Assembly: GCA_951406725.2 (NCBI GenBank)
Contig: OX597815.1
Span: forward strand, 158,906,001 to 158,970,000
Source of the DNA: Octopus vulgaris
Taxonomy: Eukaryota
Direction of reading: 5' to 3'
Length of the DNA: 64,000 bases
Below the pieces are notes generated by a model. That model was given only the letters and a program-made list of their open reading frames with translations, was not told the DNA's origin and did not search any database. The translations under genes were made by a program, and so were the position numbers. Below are positions 27,755-41,188 of this stretch, piece after piece. The first letter of the stretch is position 1. Every line of letters starts with the position of its first letter.

Positions 27755-27995
27755 GAAGGCGCGTGGCTTGGTCATAAGGGGTATTTGGCTCACGAACGCT
27801 TTGCGTCCTTGAGCAAGACACTTTATTTCATGTTGCTCCAGTCCACTCATCTGGCATAATTGAGTAGTACCTGTATTTCAAAGGGCGAGCCTTGTCACAT
27901 TCTGTGCTGCACCGAATCTCCCTGAAAACTACGTTATGGGTACACGTGTCTGTGAAGTGCTCAGCCACTTGCATGGTTATTTCCCGAGCAGGCTG
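27755..27995 (+). mobile_element. V/CORE-like tRNA SINE, internally deleted
   Basis: gaaggcgcgtggct...ccttgagcaagacactttatttcatgttgctccagtccactc; body shared with the 62747-63113 copy. Confidence 0.8.
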
Positions 27996-28427
27996 TGAGG
28001 GGGAGGAGAGGTGTCGGTGAGTGAAATGTTTTTTTTCTTCCGTTACATAGTTCGTTTATAACGCTTTCACGTCATTAGTTGAAAGGAAAGACGAAGCACG
28101 AGAGAAAAAGGAGAAAAAGAAGGTAAGGTGAAGAGTGGGAGAGAAAGAGGGAGAGTGTTGTGTATTAAGTTTATAGAATTGTGTATAACTATATAAAGTG
28201 CATTAAGTAATCATCGTATTCCGATTTCCCTCACTTTTCAATGACTAGTAGATGAGCGGCTATCTTTTGATACAGACGCAGCACAGGCTACGCTTTCAGG
28301 TTTTGGGATAAAGTTTTCAGAAATAACTCAATAAGTTTATCGTTAATTCTGTGAAATATTCACGGGTCCTATAGTCTATAATGAAACTCTGAAAAACCGT
28401 ATTATCAAGAAATGTGACCAGACTATA

Positions 28428-28784
28428 TAGGCTGGTCCGAAAGCCTTGTCATCTGCTACCGAAAATTAACAAGAACAATTGAGGAACAATATTACAATAT
28501 CAAACACATGTACTGGTTTTAATATCTTCACTTTCATTGATGCTGACACTGTCACACATCGCGAAGGTCTGTATGAACACCATCACTTTCGTGGTACAAA
28601 ATGATGAGGCACCATGTCCTGTGTGATATTTTATGAAGCTATGCTTTGGTGATTGTTGCAAAGGCTGTCAAAACAGCGTCTTTCAAATTATGGGTATTCT
28701 GATATCGCTCTTGTGAAACTTCTTGATAATAGGAAAAATTAAAACAATATTTACAGGTGGTGAGAAGACTTTTGGACCACCCTG
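28428..28784. mobile_element. Old Tc1/mariner MITE
   Basis: taggctggtccgaaagccttgtcatc versus the reverse complement of ggtgagaagacttttggaccaccctg. Confidence 0.55.
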
Positions 28785-29094
28785 TGCATTGAATTAAACT
28801 GAAGCTTTATTCAGGCTGGTCATCCGGTTGTACAAACTAATAAAACAGCGTCAAGGTTTGGTGTTTATGATCTCTACAAGCCTTGACTAGTGAAAGTGAT
28901 AGAGACAATGCATAGTCCGAATATCTACAGGTCAATGACTGTTTACCACACACTGAACTATGTACCCCAGAACCAATTGATGGCATTTCAACCTGGCGAT
29001 GTGTTAGATCTACCAATCTAAGTATTTTAATTCGTTATACGTCATGTACATACAAGGAAGGAGTGAAAGTGTGAATGTTTGCGGGGGTTGGAAG

Positions 29095-30221
29095 GTGGGT
29101 ATCTAGATGCATCACAACGGGTATCTAGCTGCATCACCATGGGTATCTAGGTGTTTTACATTAGAAATCTAGATGTACTGCAGGGGGTATCTAAATGCAA
29201 AAAATCAAGCAACAATTCTTATTAATTTTGAATTCGTAACACACCGAGGCCAAATTAAAAGTTACTAGTTCACTTTGCATAGAAAGCTTTTTGTTGAATA
29301 ATGTTTTAAAGCTTAAAGTTTAGTGAGGTCTTATATTTTATTAAAAAAAAACTTTTCCTAAGTTTGTTTTATTAACTATAGTTGTGTGTAACAGAATTAT
29401 TGGTTTCAAATTTTGGCACAAATCAACGATTTTGGGGGAGGGAGTAAGTCGATTACATCGACCTAGTACTCAACTGGTACTTATTTTATCGACCCCAAAA
29501 GGATGAAAGACAAAGTCGACCTCGGCGGAATTTGAGCTCAGAGCACAAAGACGGACGAAATACTGCTAGGTATTTTACCCGGCTTGCTAACGATTCTGCC
29601 AGCCCGTCGCCTTTATAACAAAAAAAATATAATAATAATAAAAACAACAACAACAAAAAACTGGTGCTTAATTTATAGACCTCGAAAGTATGAAAGGCAA
29701 AATAAAAAAAAAAATCAACCTCGGAAGAATTTGAACTCAAAAAGTCGTGCTCAGTGGAATTTGAGCTCAAAAAGTCGTGCTCAGAGGAATTTGAGCTCAA
29801 AAAGTCGTGCTCAGTGGAATTTGAGCTCAAAAAGTCGTGCTCAGTGGAATTTGAGCTCAGAACATCAAGATGAACGAAATGCGCTTGCTCTTTCGGTCGA
29901 CGTGCTAACGATTATGCTAGCGCGCTGCCTTTATATCAAAGAAGAAATTATTGGTAATATATTTTATGAGGTACCTCTCAATGTGGTGTCCCACCATGCC
30001 CGCTGTTCAGAGACTAGAACAAGTAAAAGATAAAAGTTACAAGCATTAACATGCATTTTCTGCGCTTTTAATTATATTTTGAAAAGTTCCGCGTTGCACT
30101 TAGATACCCCCTGCGGTACATCTAGATTTCTAATGTAACACACCTAAATACCCGTTGTGATGCATCTAAATACCCGTTGCGATGCATCTAGATACCCGTT
30201 GTGATGCATCTAGATACCTAC
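29095..30221. mobile_element. Foldback-type DNA element with internally repetitive TIRs (21-22-bp unit gggtatctagatgcatcacaac) and nested SINEs
   Basis: 29095-29200 is the reverse complement of about 30094-30221; MetaSINE-like copies at about 29400-29612 and 29660-29930 lie inside. Confidence 0.75.
29727..29860. repeat. 30-bp minisatellite, about 4 copies, inside a SINE
   Basis: Unit ggaatttgagctcaaaaagtcgtgctcagt, derived from the SINE B-box region. Confidence 0.9.
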
Positions 30222-30479
30222 GACGAGGCTCCTAGATACTCTTTGTGGAGCACCGTTTAAGAAACTATAAAAATCATCGTACCGGAAACAGGAGGTGCAA
30301 GCGGTGCAGGGATGTGAGAGCAGCTCCTAAAATTTTGATGGGGCGATGAAAACGCTTGTGGGTAATGAAAACGCTGTGGACATCCTCCTGAAAAACATCA
30401 TCGCGAAAACGAACAAACATTTTTGGATGGATTGGAAACATTACTTTGTCTGATGTGAACGATATACAAATATAATAAT

Positions 30480-30990
30480 AATTATTTCAAATTTTTGTCA
30501 CAAGGGCAGCTTGAGGGAGGTGGGATGAGTCGATTACATCGACCCCACTGTTCAGCTGGTACTTATTTTATCGACCTCGAAAGGATGACAGGGGATCTAT
30601 TCCATCTCAATCACAGATTTTTTGGATCGAATTTGAACTAGGAACATAAAGACGAACGAAATGCCGCTAAGAATTTTTGCCCGGCGTGCTAACGATACAG
30701 CCACTTCGCTGCCTTAAAAGCAGATATGATGAAAATCATTATTATTATATTTGCAAAGGCGGCGAGCTGGCAGAATCGTTAGCACGCCGAGCGAAATGCG
30801 TAGCCGTATTTCATCTGCTGTTACGTCCTGAGTTCAAATTCCGCCGAGGTCGACTTTGCCTTTCATCCTTTCGGGGTCGATAAATTAAGTACCAGTTACG
30901 CACTGGGGTCGATGTAATCGACTTAATCCGTTTGTCTGTCCTTGTTTGTACCCTCTATGTTTAGCCCCTTGTGGGCAATAAAGAAATAAG
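30480..30990. mobile_element. Two head-to-head MetaSINE-like copies (30480-30717 minus, 30756-30990 plus)
   Basis: aaggcggcgagctggcagaatcgttagcacgcc...gagttcaaattcc (B-box-like)...gcctttcatcctttcggggtcgataaattaagtaccag (Meta-like domain). Confidence 0.9.
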
Positions 30991-31027
30991 AATCGTTAGT
31001 ACGCTGGACGAAATGCTTAACAGTATT

Positions 31028-31755
31028 GGATGTCTTCCATCTCAATCATAGACTTTTGAATTAATTATTTTTTTTTTAAACTAAGCTGTTTGAATCTGCT
31101 AAATGTCACCACTCTGTTCGAAGATTCAAAAGCATCGATGTAGTTTCAAAATGCCTTATTTTACAACTATGTGATTGTATTGTTATTGTCATGATTTTAT
31201 CTTATAATCAACAAGAAACACATTTCGTGAATATAAAAGTCTTTATTAGGTTAAAAATAACATTATCAAAACATGAAAGTAAAACAAAACAAATAGCAGC
31301 TTATACACCAGAAAATACGGTAATTGTTGTGGCAGTGACAAGTTCGCTCGTTGATTGCTAGTTGATAGTGTAGAAGGCAGGGAAATAGTAAAGGGTGCAC
31401 GGTGCTGACTAGAAAAGAAGAAAGGATAAAAGTGGTATCGTCTTCGCTCGCCATACGAATAGAACAGAGTGGTGACATTTAGTCGAAAGGACCCGGAAGT
31501 TGTTCCTGTTCGATTATTATCACAAACAGCAGCAACTTTCTTCAACCGAATACACGTTGTTGATTGGTTGAAATTACCCAAGTACGACAACTTTAACACG
31601 AAATAACTTCTAAAATACGAAATTTTGTGAAAAAAAAAAACGTTCAGAGTAAACCGTGTTCTACGTGAGACATTGTACCAGTATTCGAAGTTTCAAACTG
31701 TTTAGTTAAAAAAAAAAATTAATTAAAACATCTGTGACTGAGATGGAATAGATCC
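31028..31755. mobile_element. 728-bp non-autonomous TIR element, superfamily not assigned, inside a SINE
   Basis: ggatgtcttccatctcaatcatagacttttgaattaatt / aattaattaaaacatctgtgactgagatggaatagatcc; SINE sequence resumes on both sides. Confidence 0.75.
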
Positions 31756-32659
31756 AGGTCAACTTTGCCTTTCATCCTTTCGGGCTCGATGACCCAGTTA
31801 AGTATTGGAGCTGATGTTATTGACTTAGCTCTAACCCCTAAAAATGTCAGGCCTTTTGCCTATAGTAGAATGGACCATTATATCAGTGCTTCTTTTGAGA
31901 TCAAGTTTGAAAAAAATCGACCTTGTTTGTAAAAAATTTCAGACCTGGGTTTGAATCACGCTGAAAAAATTTGTTCCTGTACTTACTATAAGAGTGTAGG
32001 ATGGTTGATTAGATGACTGATAAATTGGTTACATCGACCCCAGTGTTCATCTGGTGCTCAATTTATCGACCCCGAAAGGATAAAAGGCAAAGTCGACTTC
32101 GGAGGAATTTGAACACAGAATGCAAAAATGGATGAAATGCAGCTAAGTATTTTGACCAGCATGTTAACGATTCTCGCCTCCTTAGATAACTCATAAATTA
32201 CCGATAAAAATAGTAATCAACATCAAGAATTACTAATATCAAGAATATCACATTAAGGGGTGGTGGACTCCTCACCTGGATTCCTATTTAAAGCCGTCTA
32301 CTCCAATAATTTATATGAAAAAAAGAAGACAACAGAAAGCGGTTTTAGTTTAAAGACCAAAATAGTAATTTAATATTGGATTTGGAATTGCAAAATTAAA
32401 AATCTATTTTTCTCAACACATACGTGCTCTCACAGATTCTCATGTATTTGAAACAAGCGCTGGGTACCAAAAAATTTCTCAAACCTGCTCTAAGCGGTCG
32501 CTTGACCTAGTGGAAATAGCAGCCAAAAATCCAACAAATTACATCCTGCTATTTTAAAGGAGAAAGGATACATTCGATAATGTAGTTCTGGATGCTTTAT
32601 GTCTGCGTAAAAGAAGGATTAAATAACATTTGTTTTGTTGCTTATTAATAACGGTGTGT

Positions 32660-32996
32660 GAAGGCGCATGACTCAGTGGTTAGAGGCTAGAGCTTACAAT
32701 CGTGAGGTTGTGAGTTCGATTCTCAGACCGGGCTGTGTGTTGTGTTCTTGAGCAAGACACTTTATTTCACGTTGCTCCAGTTAACTCAGCTGTAGAAATG
32801 AGTTGAGACACCACTGGTGCCAAGCTGTATCGGCCTTTGCCGTTCCCTTGGATAACATCACTGGTGTGGAGAGAGGAGGTTGGTATGCATGGGTGACTGC
32901 TGGCCTTCCATAAACAATTTTGCCCTGATTTGTGCCTCGGAGGGTAACTTTCTAGGTGCAATCCCATGGTCATTCATGACCGAAAGGGTCTCCCCC
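32660..32996 (+). mobile_element. Full-length V/CORE-like tRNA SINE
   Basis: tRNA-like head (actcagtggttag...gagttcgattctc); TSD taataacggtgt on both sides. Confidence 0.9.
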
Positions 32997-33262
32997 TAAT
33001 AACGGTGTTTATGAACTATTGTTTTTGTTGTGCAGCCCCTGGTCTATCCTGGCTGAGCGAACCTCTGAGTGAAGTTATTCCAACAGTGATCATCGGGTAT
33101 CATACATTTATTGCAATTTCATTCGATCCCGTGATTCAAATCTTCTAACCAAGTAACCATAAACGACCTGAAGCCTATTCAGGATTTTCATTTTAACTGT
33201 CACACATCCAAAAAGGTGAGGTTTAAAACAATGCAACTATGTACTAATTCTACGTTTAGGAT

Positions 33263-33465
33263 AAGGCGGTGAACTGACAAAATCGTTATCACTCCGGGCA
33301 AAATGTCTAGCGGCATTTCGTCCGTCTTTACGTTCTGAGTTCAAATTCCGCCTAGGTTGACTTTGCCTTTCATCTTTTCGCGCTCGATAAAATAAGTACC
33401 AGTTGAGCTTGTAATCGATTTATCCCTTCCCCGAAATTGCTGGCTCTGTGCCAATATTTGAAACC
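33263..33465 (+). mobile_element. MetaSINE-like copy
   Basis: Family sequence; imperfect TSD aattctacgt.t.ggataa. Confidence 0.85.
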
Positions 33466-34607
33466 AATTCTACGTGTTGGATAATTGTTTTTGTCAGCAT
33501 CTTCATATCATAAAGCCTTTGGCCTTTTTACAAACCGCATCTATTATTAAAACCTGAAAATAATCATGTAGATAAAATATTGTTATTCGTGTTTTATATG
33601 TAATGATTTATTACTCATATAATATCTCGCTTGGTTATTACGAAATCTTCACAATTTTTTTTAAATATGAAATTTTGACATGGCTTTTATTTTCTTCATG
33701 CGGTTACGCCAAATTCTAAGATACGTTTTTTTTTCATTTTATCTAAGTTGTTTTGTGTTCCACATCACATTCTTTTCTTCTAGTTTCCATTCTAGAGACA
33801 CCTAGATCCTTCCATTTTCTCTCCTCTCTCTCTCTCATTCACCGTCGCTTTATTTTCATCCAGTCTCTCCTTTCTAATTTTAGTGTATTTGTGAACCGAG
33901 TAACAACTTTGCTTTTCTTTATCTCAACTTTCCAGAATAGCATTAACTTGGTATTTTTCTCTCTCTCACTCCCCCCTCTCTCATTTTCTCTCTCTTTCCT
34001 TCTCAACAGTCTTTCGAGAAAATTAAATTCTTATCGAAATTTCCAGCATATGGTAAATGATATGTTTACCGAATTCAGATTTCTTTACACCGTTGATCGA
34101 TGTATTCCTAAATTATAGTTTTACGCTCCTTGTTTTTTTTTTGTTTGTTTTTTTTCTTCATCTTATCAGCCTGTCGTTTCATTCTTTCCAATTTCAACAG
34201 TTTATCCATCATTGTATTTCGAATACTTCGCCTGTTTCTGTATCCATCCATCCACCAGTATGTATATGTGTGTGTTTCTTTTCTTTTTTGTTGGCCTGCC
34301 CCACTATCTATGCTTTGCTATTTTCTCTTATCTTCGTATGTATCCATTTCCTTCTACAGCTTTCAGCTTGTCTGTCTTTATAGATATATATTCTCATCCT
34401 TCTTAATTTCGTCGATGCTCGCTCAAGAGGATCAAGAATCGGTCTAAAAAAATACTTGTGTCGGTACTTAGAAGAAAAAAAATACAATGATTTGTGTTGT
34501 ATGCAGAACTTCCGAAGTTTTAAAACTATTTTTTTTATACATTTGTTGGCTTGAATTCACAAACCATGTGATTGTATTTGTTAGACAGAAACCGAAAGAA
34601 ACCCGTC

Positions 34608-35179
<572 letters not shown>

Positions 35180-35182
<3 letters not shown>

Positions 35183-35773
35183 AGTCATCCCATAAGTTCT
35201 GTCCGATTTTACCTATTTTAAAATTGAATGAAATTTTAATAGTATTTTAGAATGTCTAATGGAGTAATTCACTTTGAATTGTTATCACTTAATGCAACAA
35301 TCAATGCTCAAGTCTACTGTCAGTAATTAGAGCGTTTGAACCAAGCTTTGAAGAAAAAAAAACCCGCTTTACTGAATCGAAAAGGAGTGTTGTTTCATCA
35401 GGAAAATGCGTGACCCCACACAGCAAAGATCACATCACAGAAGATCGAAGAGTTTGGTTGGGAAAAAATTCCTCATCCACCTTTTTCTCCTGACCTTGCT
35501 CTTTCACACTACCATTTGTTTCGTAGTTTACAGAATCACTTAGGGGACATAACTTTCGCAAGCCAGGAGGAAGTCGAAACTAATATTTTAGAGTTCTTCG
35601 CTTTGAAACCAAAAGAATTTTACACTGATGGGATTAAAAAGCTTGTAAATAGATGGAAGGAAGTCACAGATAATCAGGGAAAGTACATTGATGATTAAAT
35701 TTCAATTAAATATAACATTTGATCACTTGTTTTCTTTATTCAAAATTCGGACAGAACTTATGGGATGATCTGA
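35180..35773 (+). mobile_element. mariner (DD34D-type) internal-deletion derivative with both TIRs
   Basis: TIRs tcaagtcatcccataagttctgtccga / tcggacagaacttatgggatgatctga with TA flanks; relic FHQENA*PH...HPPFSPDLALSHYHLFRSLQN...GKYIDD* ending at 35698. Confidence 0.92.
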
Positions 35774-36016
35774 TATATAAAACTTACTTGGAAATTGATG
35801 CGTGGCGTTCAGTCATGAATTGCTCGAAATACGGAGTAGAAAAACAGCCGATAACTGATGAAGGGTTGTTCTTTCTGTTGCTTGTCTTGTTTTCCATTTG
35901 TTTCTTTCGTTGTTCGTAAAAAAAATGTTCGTATTTCATGTTTTCGTATTCGTATTTCATGTTATGTTCTATGACGTCCTGTACCCATATATGCATATAT
36001 ACATATGTATGTACAT

Positions 36017-36226
36017 ATTATAATTAAGGGTATCTAAGAGATACCACCATGCTAGATATAGCAGCAAAAACTTGACTCTAAAACCACATTAGATGTTCAT
36101 ACAGCACCAGGAGAGAAGACAAAGAGACAAAATAAACTAGCAAAAAAAAATGGATAATTCCAGATTCCGGATTTCTGACTTTGCATAAGAAATGCTTTGC
36201 CTTCATCAGTGGAATATACGCAAATG

Positions 36227-36299
<73 letters not shown>

Positions 36300-36547
36300 A
36301 CATACGAATACTTACATATACGTACGTATACATACACTTATATGCACGTATGCACACGACCAGTTTATGCAGAGCCAGAAATCCGGGATCTGGAATTATC
36401 CAACAATTGGCTTTTTCTTTTGTTAGTTTATTTTGTCTCTTTGTCTTCTCTCCTGGTGCTCTATGAACATTTGATGTGGGTTTTAGAGTCAAATTTTGGC
36501 TGCTATATCTAGCATGGTATTATCTCTTAAATACCCTTAATTATAAT
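36017..36547. mobile_element. Foldback element (about 170-bp arms around a microsatellite spacer) with hammerhead motif
   Basis: attataattaagggtatctaagagata... / ...tatctcttaaatacccttaattataat; a short copy of the same end lies at about 45440-45473. Confidence 0.88.
36157..36215 (-). ncRNA. Minimal type I hammerhead ribozyme motif with canonical core
   Basis: attcca-CTGATGA-aggcaaagcat(ttctt)atgcaaagtca-GAAA-tccgga-a-TC-tggaat: 6-bp stem I and palindromic TCCGGA. Confidence 0.7.
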
Positions 36548-36701
36548 TTTAATAATAATTATTACCTTTGAGGTAATAATTCCCATGCTAGCCACCTGAT
36601 ATGATCGGTATTTTAAATAACGATGTTATCTTTATTTATATAAATTTATATGTATGTACATATACGTATATATGCATATATAGATACATACAGATATGTA
36701 T

Positions 36702-36734
<33 letters not shown>

Positions 36735-36784
36735 CGCGCGCATGCGCACACGTATATGTAAGTTATAACACAAATGAGGTGAGG

Positions 36785-36864
36785 TTCACTACAGCTGTTT
36801 CAGACGTGTTGTTATTGATGAACAAATCAATTCCATCATGTAAAAAAAGTTTTCTGCAGGTGAA
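36785..36864 (-). ncRNA. Hammerhead relic (A6 changed to C)
   Basis: ttcac-CTGCAGA-aaac...gtct-GAAA-cagctg-TA-gtgaa: 5-bp stem I and palindromic CAGCTG. Confidence 0.55.
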
Positions 36865-36891
36865 TTTAAAATAAATCTAATATTTAGGATG

Positions 36892-36982
36892 TTTCACACA
36901 AATGATACAGGATACATATTGACTCTCTCACCTCGGTGCCGGTTGAGAGAGTCAATACGTATCCTATACTATTTGTGTGAAA
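36892..36982. repeat. About 90-bp imperfect hairpin
   Basis: tttcacacaaat...ggatacatattgactctctca / tgagagagtcaatacgtatcc...atttgtgtgaaa. Confidence 0.85.
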
Positions 36983-37099
36983 AAATACCGATAGAAAAAA
37001 TACCAGGTTTTAAAGATTAAGTATTGGTTCGCTTCGTTCGGTTCGACTAAAACACTTCAAGGTGATCCCTCAGCATAGCTACAGTCCAATGACTGAAGC

Positions 37100-37805
37100 A
37101 TGTGCGTGGCCATGTGGTAAGAAGCTTGCTTCCTGACCACATGATTCCGGGTTCAGTCCCACTGCATGGCACCTTGGGCAAGTGTCTTCTACTACAGCCT
37201 CAGACCGAACAATGCCTTATGAGTGGACTTGGTAGATAGAAACTGAAAAAAGGCGGCGAGTTGGCAGAAACGTTAGCACGCCGAGCGAAATGCTTAGCGG
37301 TATTTCGCCTGCGGCTATGTTCTGAGTTCAAATTCCGCCGAGGTCGACTTTGCCTTTCATCCTTTCGGGGTCGATTAAATAAGTACCAGTTACGCACTGG
37401 GGTCGATATTATCGACTTCATCCGTTTGTCTGTCCTTGTTTGTCCCCTCTGTGTTTAGCCCCATGTGAGTAGTAAAGAAATAGGTATTTCGTCTACCGTT
37501 ACATTCTCAGTTCAAACTCCACCGAGGTTGACTTTGCCTTTCATCCTTTCGGGATCGATAAATTAAGTACCAGTTACGTACTGAGGTCGATGTAATCGAC
37601 TTAATCCCTTTGTCTGTCTTTGTTTGTCCCCTCTATGTTTAGCCCCATGTGGGCAATAAAGAAATAAGAAACTGAAAGAAGCCCGTCATATGTACATATA
37701 TATATAAACGATGTATTTCATATATATATGTGTGTGGGTGTGTGTGTGTGTGTACGCGCGCGCGTGTTGGTATGTTCATGTCCCCCGTATCTTAGCAGTT
37801 CGGCA
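37100..37805 (+). mobile_element. CORE-like SINE interrupted by a dimeric MetaSINE-like insertion (37250-37668)
   Basis: TSD agaaactgaaa flanks the insert; the second monomer lacks the 5' head. Confidence 0.88.
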
Positions 37806-38989
37806 ATGTTATTATGTGTGACCATAGTGTCTCGAGGTAACTCGGTATATATCTATAAAATTTATCAAATTGCTATATAACCGAAGTAGAATTTGTATAT
37901 TCTGGGCAACTGATCTTGTTTTGAGTATGTATTTTTATTCATATTTTTTGTGTTTTTAACTGTCTGGGAGAGCAAAATCTGGAGTGTTTTTCTCTTTCCA
38001 TATTCCTTACGTATTAAATCAGAGAAACATTCAGATTTTTATTTAAAAACATAATTGCTGCCAGTTACGACGAGTGTTCTGAATAAAATTTGCAAAGATG
38101 TCATATTTATACAAAAGTAATTATTCTGTAGAATTTTTTGAGCCAGCTGTTGATAGTAAATAACATCTTTACACCCAATTTTACCTAATTAGTTCCTATT
38201 ATAGCACCAGCATGATGGTCTGGAGATATCTCTTGATAAGTTACTTCACTTGAAATATAATGAAGAACTACTTTGATTTCACATCCTCCCATTAGTTGAT
38301 AAGGTAAGTTTAATTAATTTGCCGGTGAGGATTCAGTCTGATATACTCTCTTTTTGTGGTCACGTGGCATTAATAGAAATCTTTGGTTGATTAGCAAAAA
38401 CTCAGTCATAGATGAACTGTTTCTACACTTTTTTTGCCTATGGATGGATCCCTTTGATTCTTATTTTACTCTACTGGGCTCCCACAGTCTTCCAATTGTG
38501 AACTATTTTATTGCTTATAAATTTTAACAACAAAATCTTATATGGTCCCCGGTTGAGAATCCCTGCTTTATATCATCTACTACCGCTACATTACTCTCTT
38601 GAATTAGAAAAATCCAAACTCTCTTCACCCACTCCTACATGAAATTACACGTTTTTCCTCTTCTCGCTTTTCTTAATGTCTTTTACTCTCAAGACACCGC
38701 GCCAAACATTTTTCATGTATTCCTTCTTCCCCAGAAATGCAACCGTTTGAAAATTCTCTCCTCGATATTCATGTCGTTGTTTGGTCACAAGTACCGTGAT
38801 CAAGTAGACCTTAGATCAAAGGAGTGACTATCTAATCATTTTACAGCGAGTAGCGAAATATATATGCTTCCTTTTTTTTTAAGACAGTGGGATGTAATTT
38901 AAGGAAATTTCCTATTTCCTCAAAATTTTTAAACAGGTTGAGAAACCACTAGAAATTTGATATCTTGCAGGCATGAGGAAAACAACGTT

Positions 38990-39590
38990 CTAGCGTAGTT
39001 CCTCATCGATAATGTTCAACTTCCCGTATCTTAGCGACAACTTCTTCGATTCGGAGCATTTGGGTGAAAAATTTAAAACTGCTTCCTTTTGTATTTGGAT
39101 GGATAAAATAATAATGTTTTGTAATCAGGGCCTTCAACTTCATACATAACTGAAGACATACAGAGCTGTCTGTGAATCAACTCCTTTTGTATGGCTGTGA
39201 GACCCGAACTCTATATTGTCGACATGTGAAAGCTCTTGAATAATTTTACGTTCGTTCCTCATCTGTGCATTCTTAGGCTAACACGAGGTAGAGAGAGATA
39301 AGACCTCTCAGACTGTTATCCTCTTTATATCAAACATAGCAAGTGTCGTAGCATTTCTCTTGGCGCGATAATTTCGTTGTATGAATTGCCAAGTAACTTT
39401 TCTTCGAAAATCTGGACCTTATTTCCGACAGCTAAATGAACTAAAGCACGTAGAATTAAACAATTATCAAAATTTACTACAAAACGTCGAAAAACCTTTC
39501 AGCCAAGAACCCCTGCTCACTTGTAGAGATTTGATGCTACAACTGCAGGTGCATTGCAGTGGTTTAAGTTGTATTGATGAATGATCTGTC
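38990..39590 (+). mobile_element. Decayed RTE/BovB-like LINE 3' region
   Basis: LKTYRAVCES.LLYGCETRTLYCRHVKALE (about 39150-39240) matches the KVYRAVVL..LLYGCETWTLY.RH motif. Confidence 0.75.
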
Positions 39591-39644
39591 TTATATCTTA
39601 GCTTGCCGTAGCTATATCATTGCTTCTGTTTAGTAAGTGAAATT

Positions 39645-39870
39645 GAGCTGGCAGAAACGTTAGCACGCCGGACGAAGAAATGCTTAGCGGTATTTCGTCT
39701 GTCGCTACGTTCTGAGTTCAAATTCCGCCGAGGTCGACTTTGCCTTTCATCCTTTCGGGGTCGATTAAATAAGTACCAGTTACGCACTGGAGTTGATGTA
39801 ATCGACTTAATCCCTTTGTCTGTCCTTGTTTGTGCTCTCTATGTTTAGCCCCTTGTGGGCAATAAAGTAA
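39645..39870 (+). mobile_element. Young MetaSINE-like copy
   Basis: CpG-intact family sequence; TSD taagtgaaattga. Confidence 0.9.
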
Positions 39871-40953
39871 TAAGTGAAATTGAACATACCGGCTGAATCT
39901 CAATAAACTCGATTTGCTAGTCCAGCAGCTTCGATGGTTCGAGGCGGCTATTTAACTTCAGCAGTCATAAATTTGCGTGACTGTAGTTTGACTAACTGTG
40001 AACCACCAGCACTCTGTACTGGTTATGTCTGTCAAACTTTATTTACAGTGTTTGACACAGGTACAAACATACAGATACAAATATTAGTACGAGTGGTGGT
40101 AATGTAGCAAAGCATGTGTAGAATATGGTATAAGTTAAACGACTGATAATACAGAATATTTAGTTTACTCTGAAGCTACGGAAGTTATCAAAAACAGAAG
40201 GAAAAACAAACCATTATAAGATAATACTGAAATTTAATTTAAATTGTATATAAAACCATTACAGTAATTTGTAAATGGATTTACAAAATTTTTTTTTTCA
40301 AAGCTAAGGTAAATTAATTGCTTTTTGCTCATAATTTTTACGTAATGTTTTATATGTATCAGTATGCCTATTTTCATTTTTCTAATGGCTTAACAGTCTT
40401 GTGTCGCAAGACTTGCCCATTATAATAAAGAAGTCAAATGAGAATAAACGATGTTTATGTAAAGTGTTTCAATATTAACAGTACAACACAATATAAGCAT
40501 TATTTTGCTATTTGTTACTCTAACTTCTCTAGTTCAGAAACTTCATTACGTATCTGGTTCCATCAAGCTGAATTAATGAGGTTCAAATTATAAGTCTATT
40601 GACATATCAAGGTTCCAGCTTCAAATTTACAGAACAGTGTATTTTCTTTACTGATGTCTAAATGAGCTTTATATAAATATAGTCTTAATTTGAATTAACT
40701 CGGTCAAAACGGCACTAAAATACAATTTCCTCAATTCGATAATAACGGCGGAAGCAGTATCGGTTCAGAGCAGCATTCTATATATCTTACTTAAGGTGGA
40801 TATATTATCGAAGGCCACAAAACTGCAGTATTTCTCTTGCGAAAGCTTCTCATTTAGACGGTTAGTGCTAAAAAGCACAGAAATGTATCAACTACTGACG
40901 AAAAGCGCCTAATATTGGTAGTAGAATTGCTACAGAAACCAATAAAGCTGACC

Positions 40954-41188
40954 AAGGCGGCGAGCTGGCAGAAACGTTAGTACGCCGGGCGAAATGCTTA
41001 ACAGTATTTCGTCTGCTGTTACGTTCTGAGTTCAAATTCCGCCGAGGTCGACTTTACCTTTCATCCCTTCGGGGTCGATAAATTAAGTACTAGTTACGCA
41101 CTGGGGTCGATGTAATCGACTTAATCCGTTTGTCTGACCTTGTTTGTCCCCTCTATGTTTAGCCCCTTGTGGGCAAAATTGAAATAAG
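40954..41188 (+). mobile_element. Young full-length MetaSINE-like copy
   Basis: CpG-intact family sequence from aaggcggcgagctggc to gaaataag. Confidence 0.9.

Noticed and set aside
29727-29860. CRISPR-like 30-bp repeats
   Set aside because: Contiguous tandem units without unique spacers, derived from a SINE, in eukaryotic DNA with no cas genes.
32660-32735. tRNA genes at SINE heads (also 60815, 63855 and others)
   Set aside because: A/B-box-like heads continue into SINE bodies with TSDs; no complete cloverleaf.
35820-35870. GAAA...TA followed by CTGATGAaggg
   Set aside because: The halves are in an order that I could not close into consistent stems; possibly a PLE fragment but not callable as an HHR.
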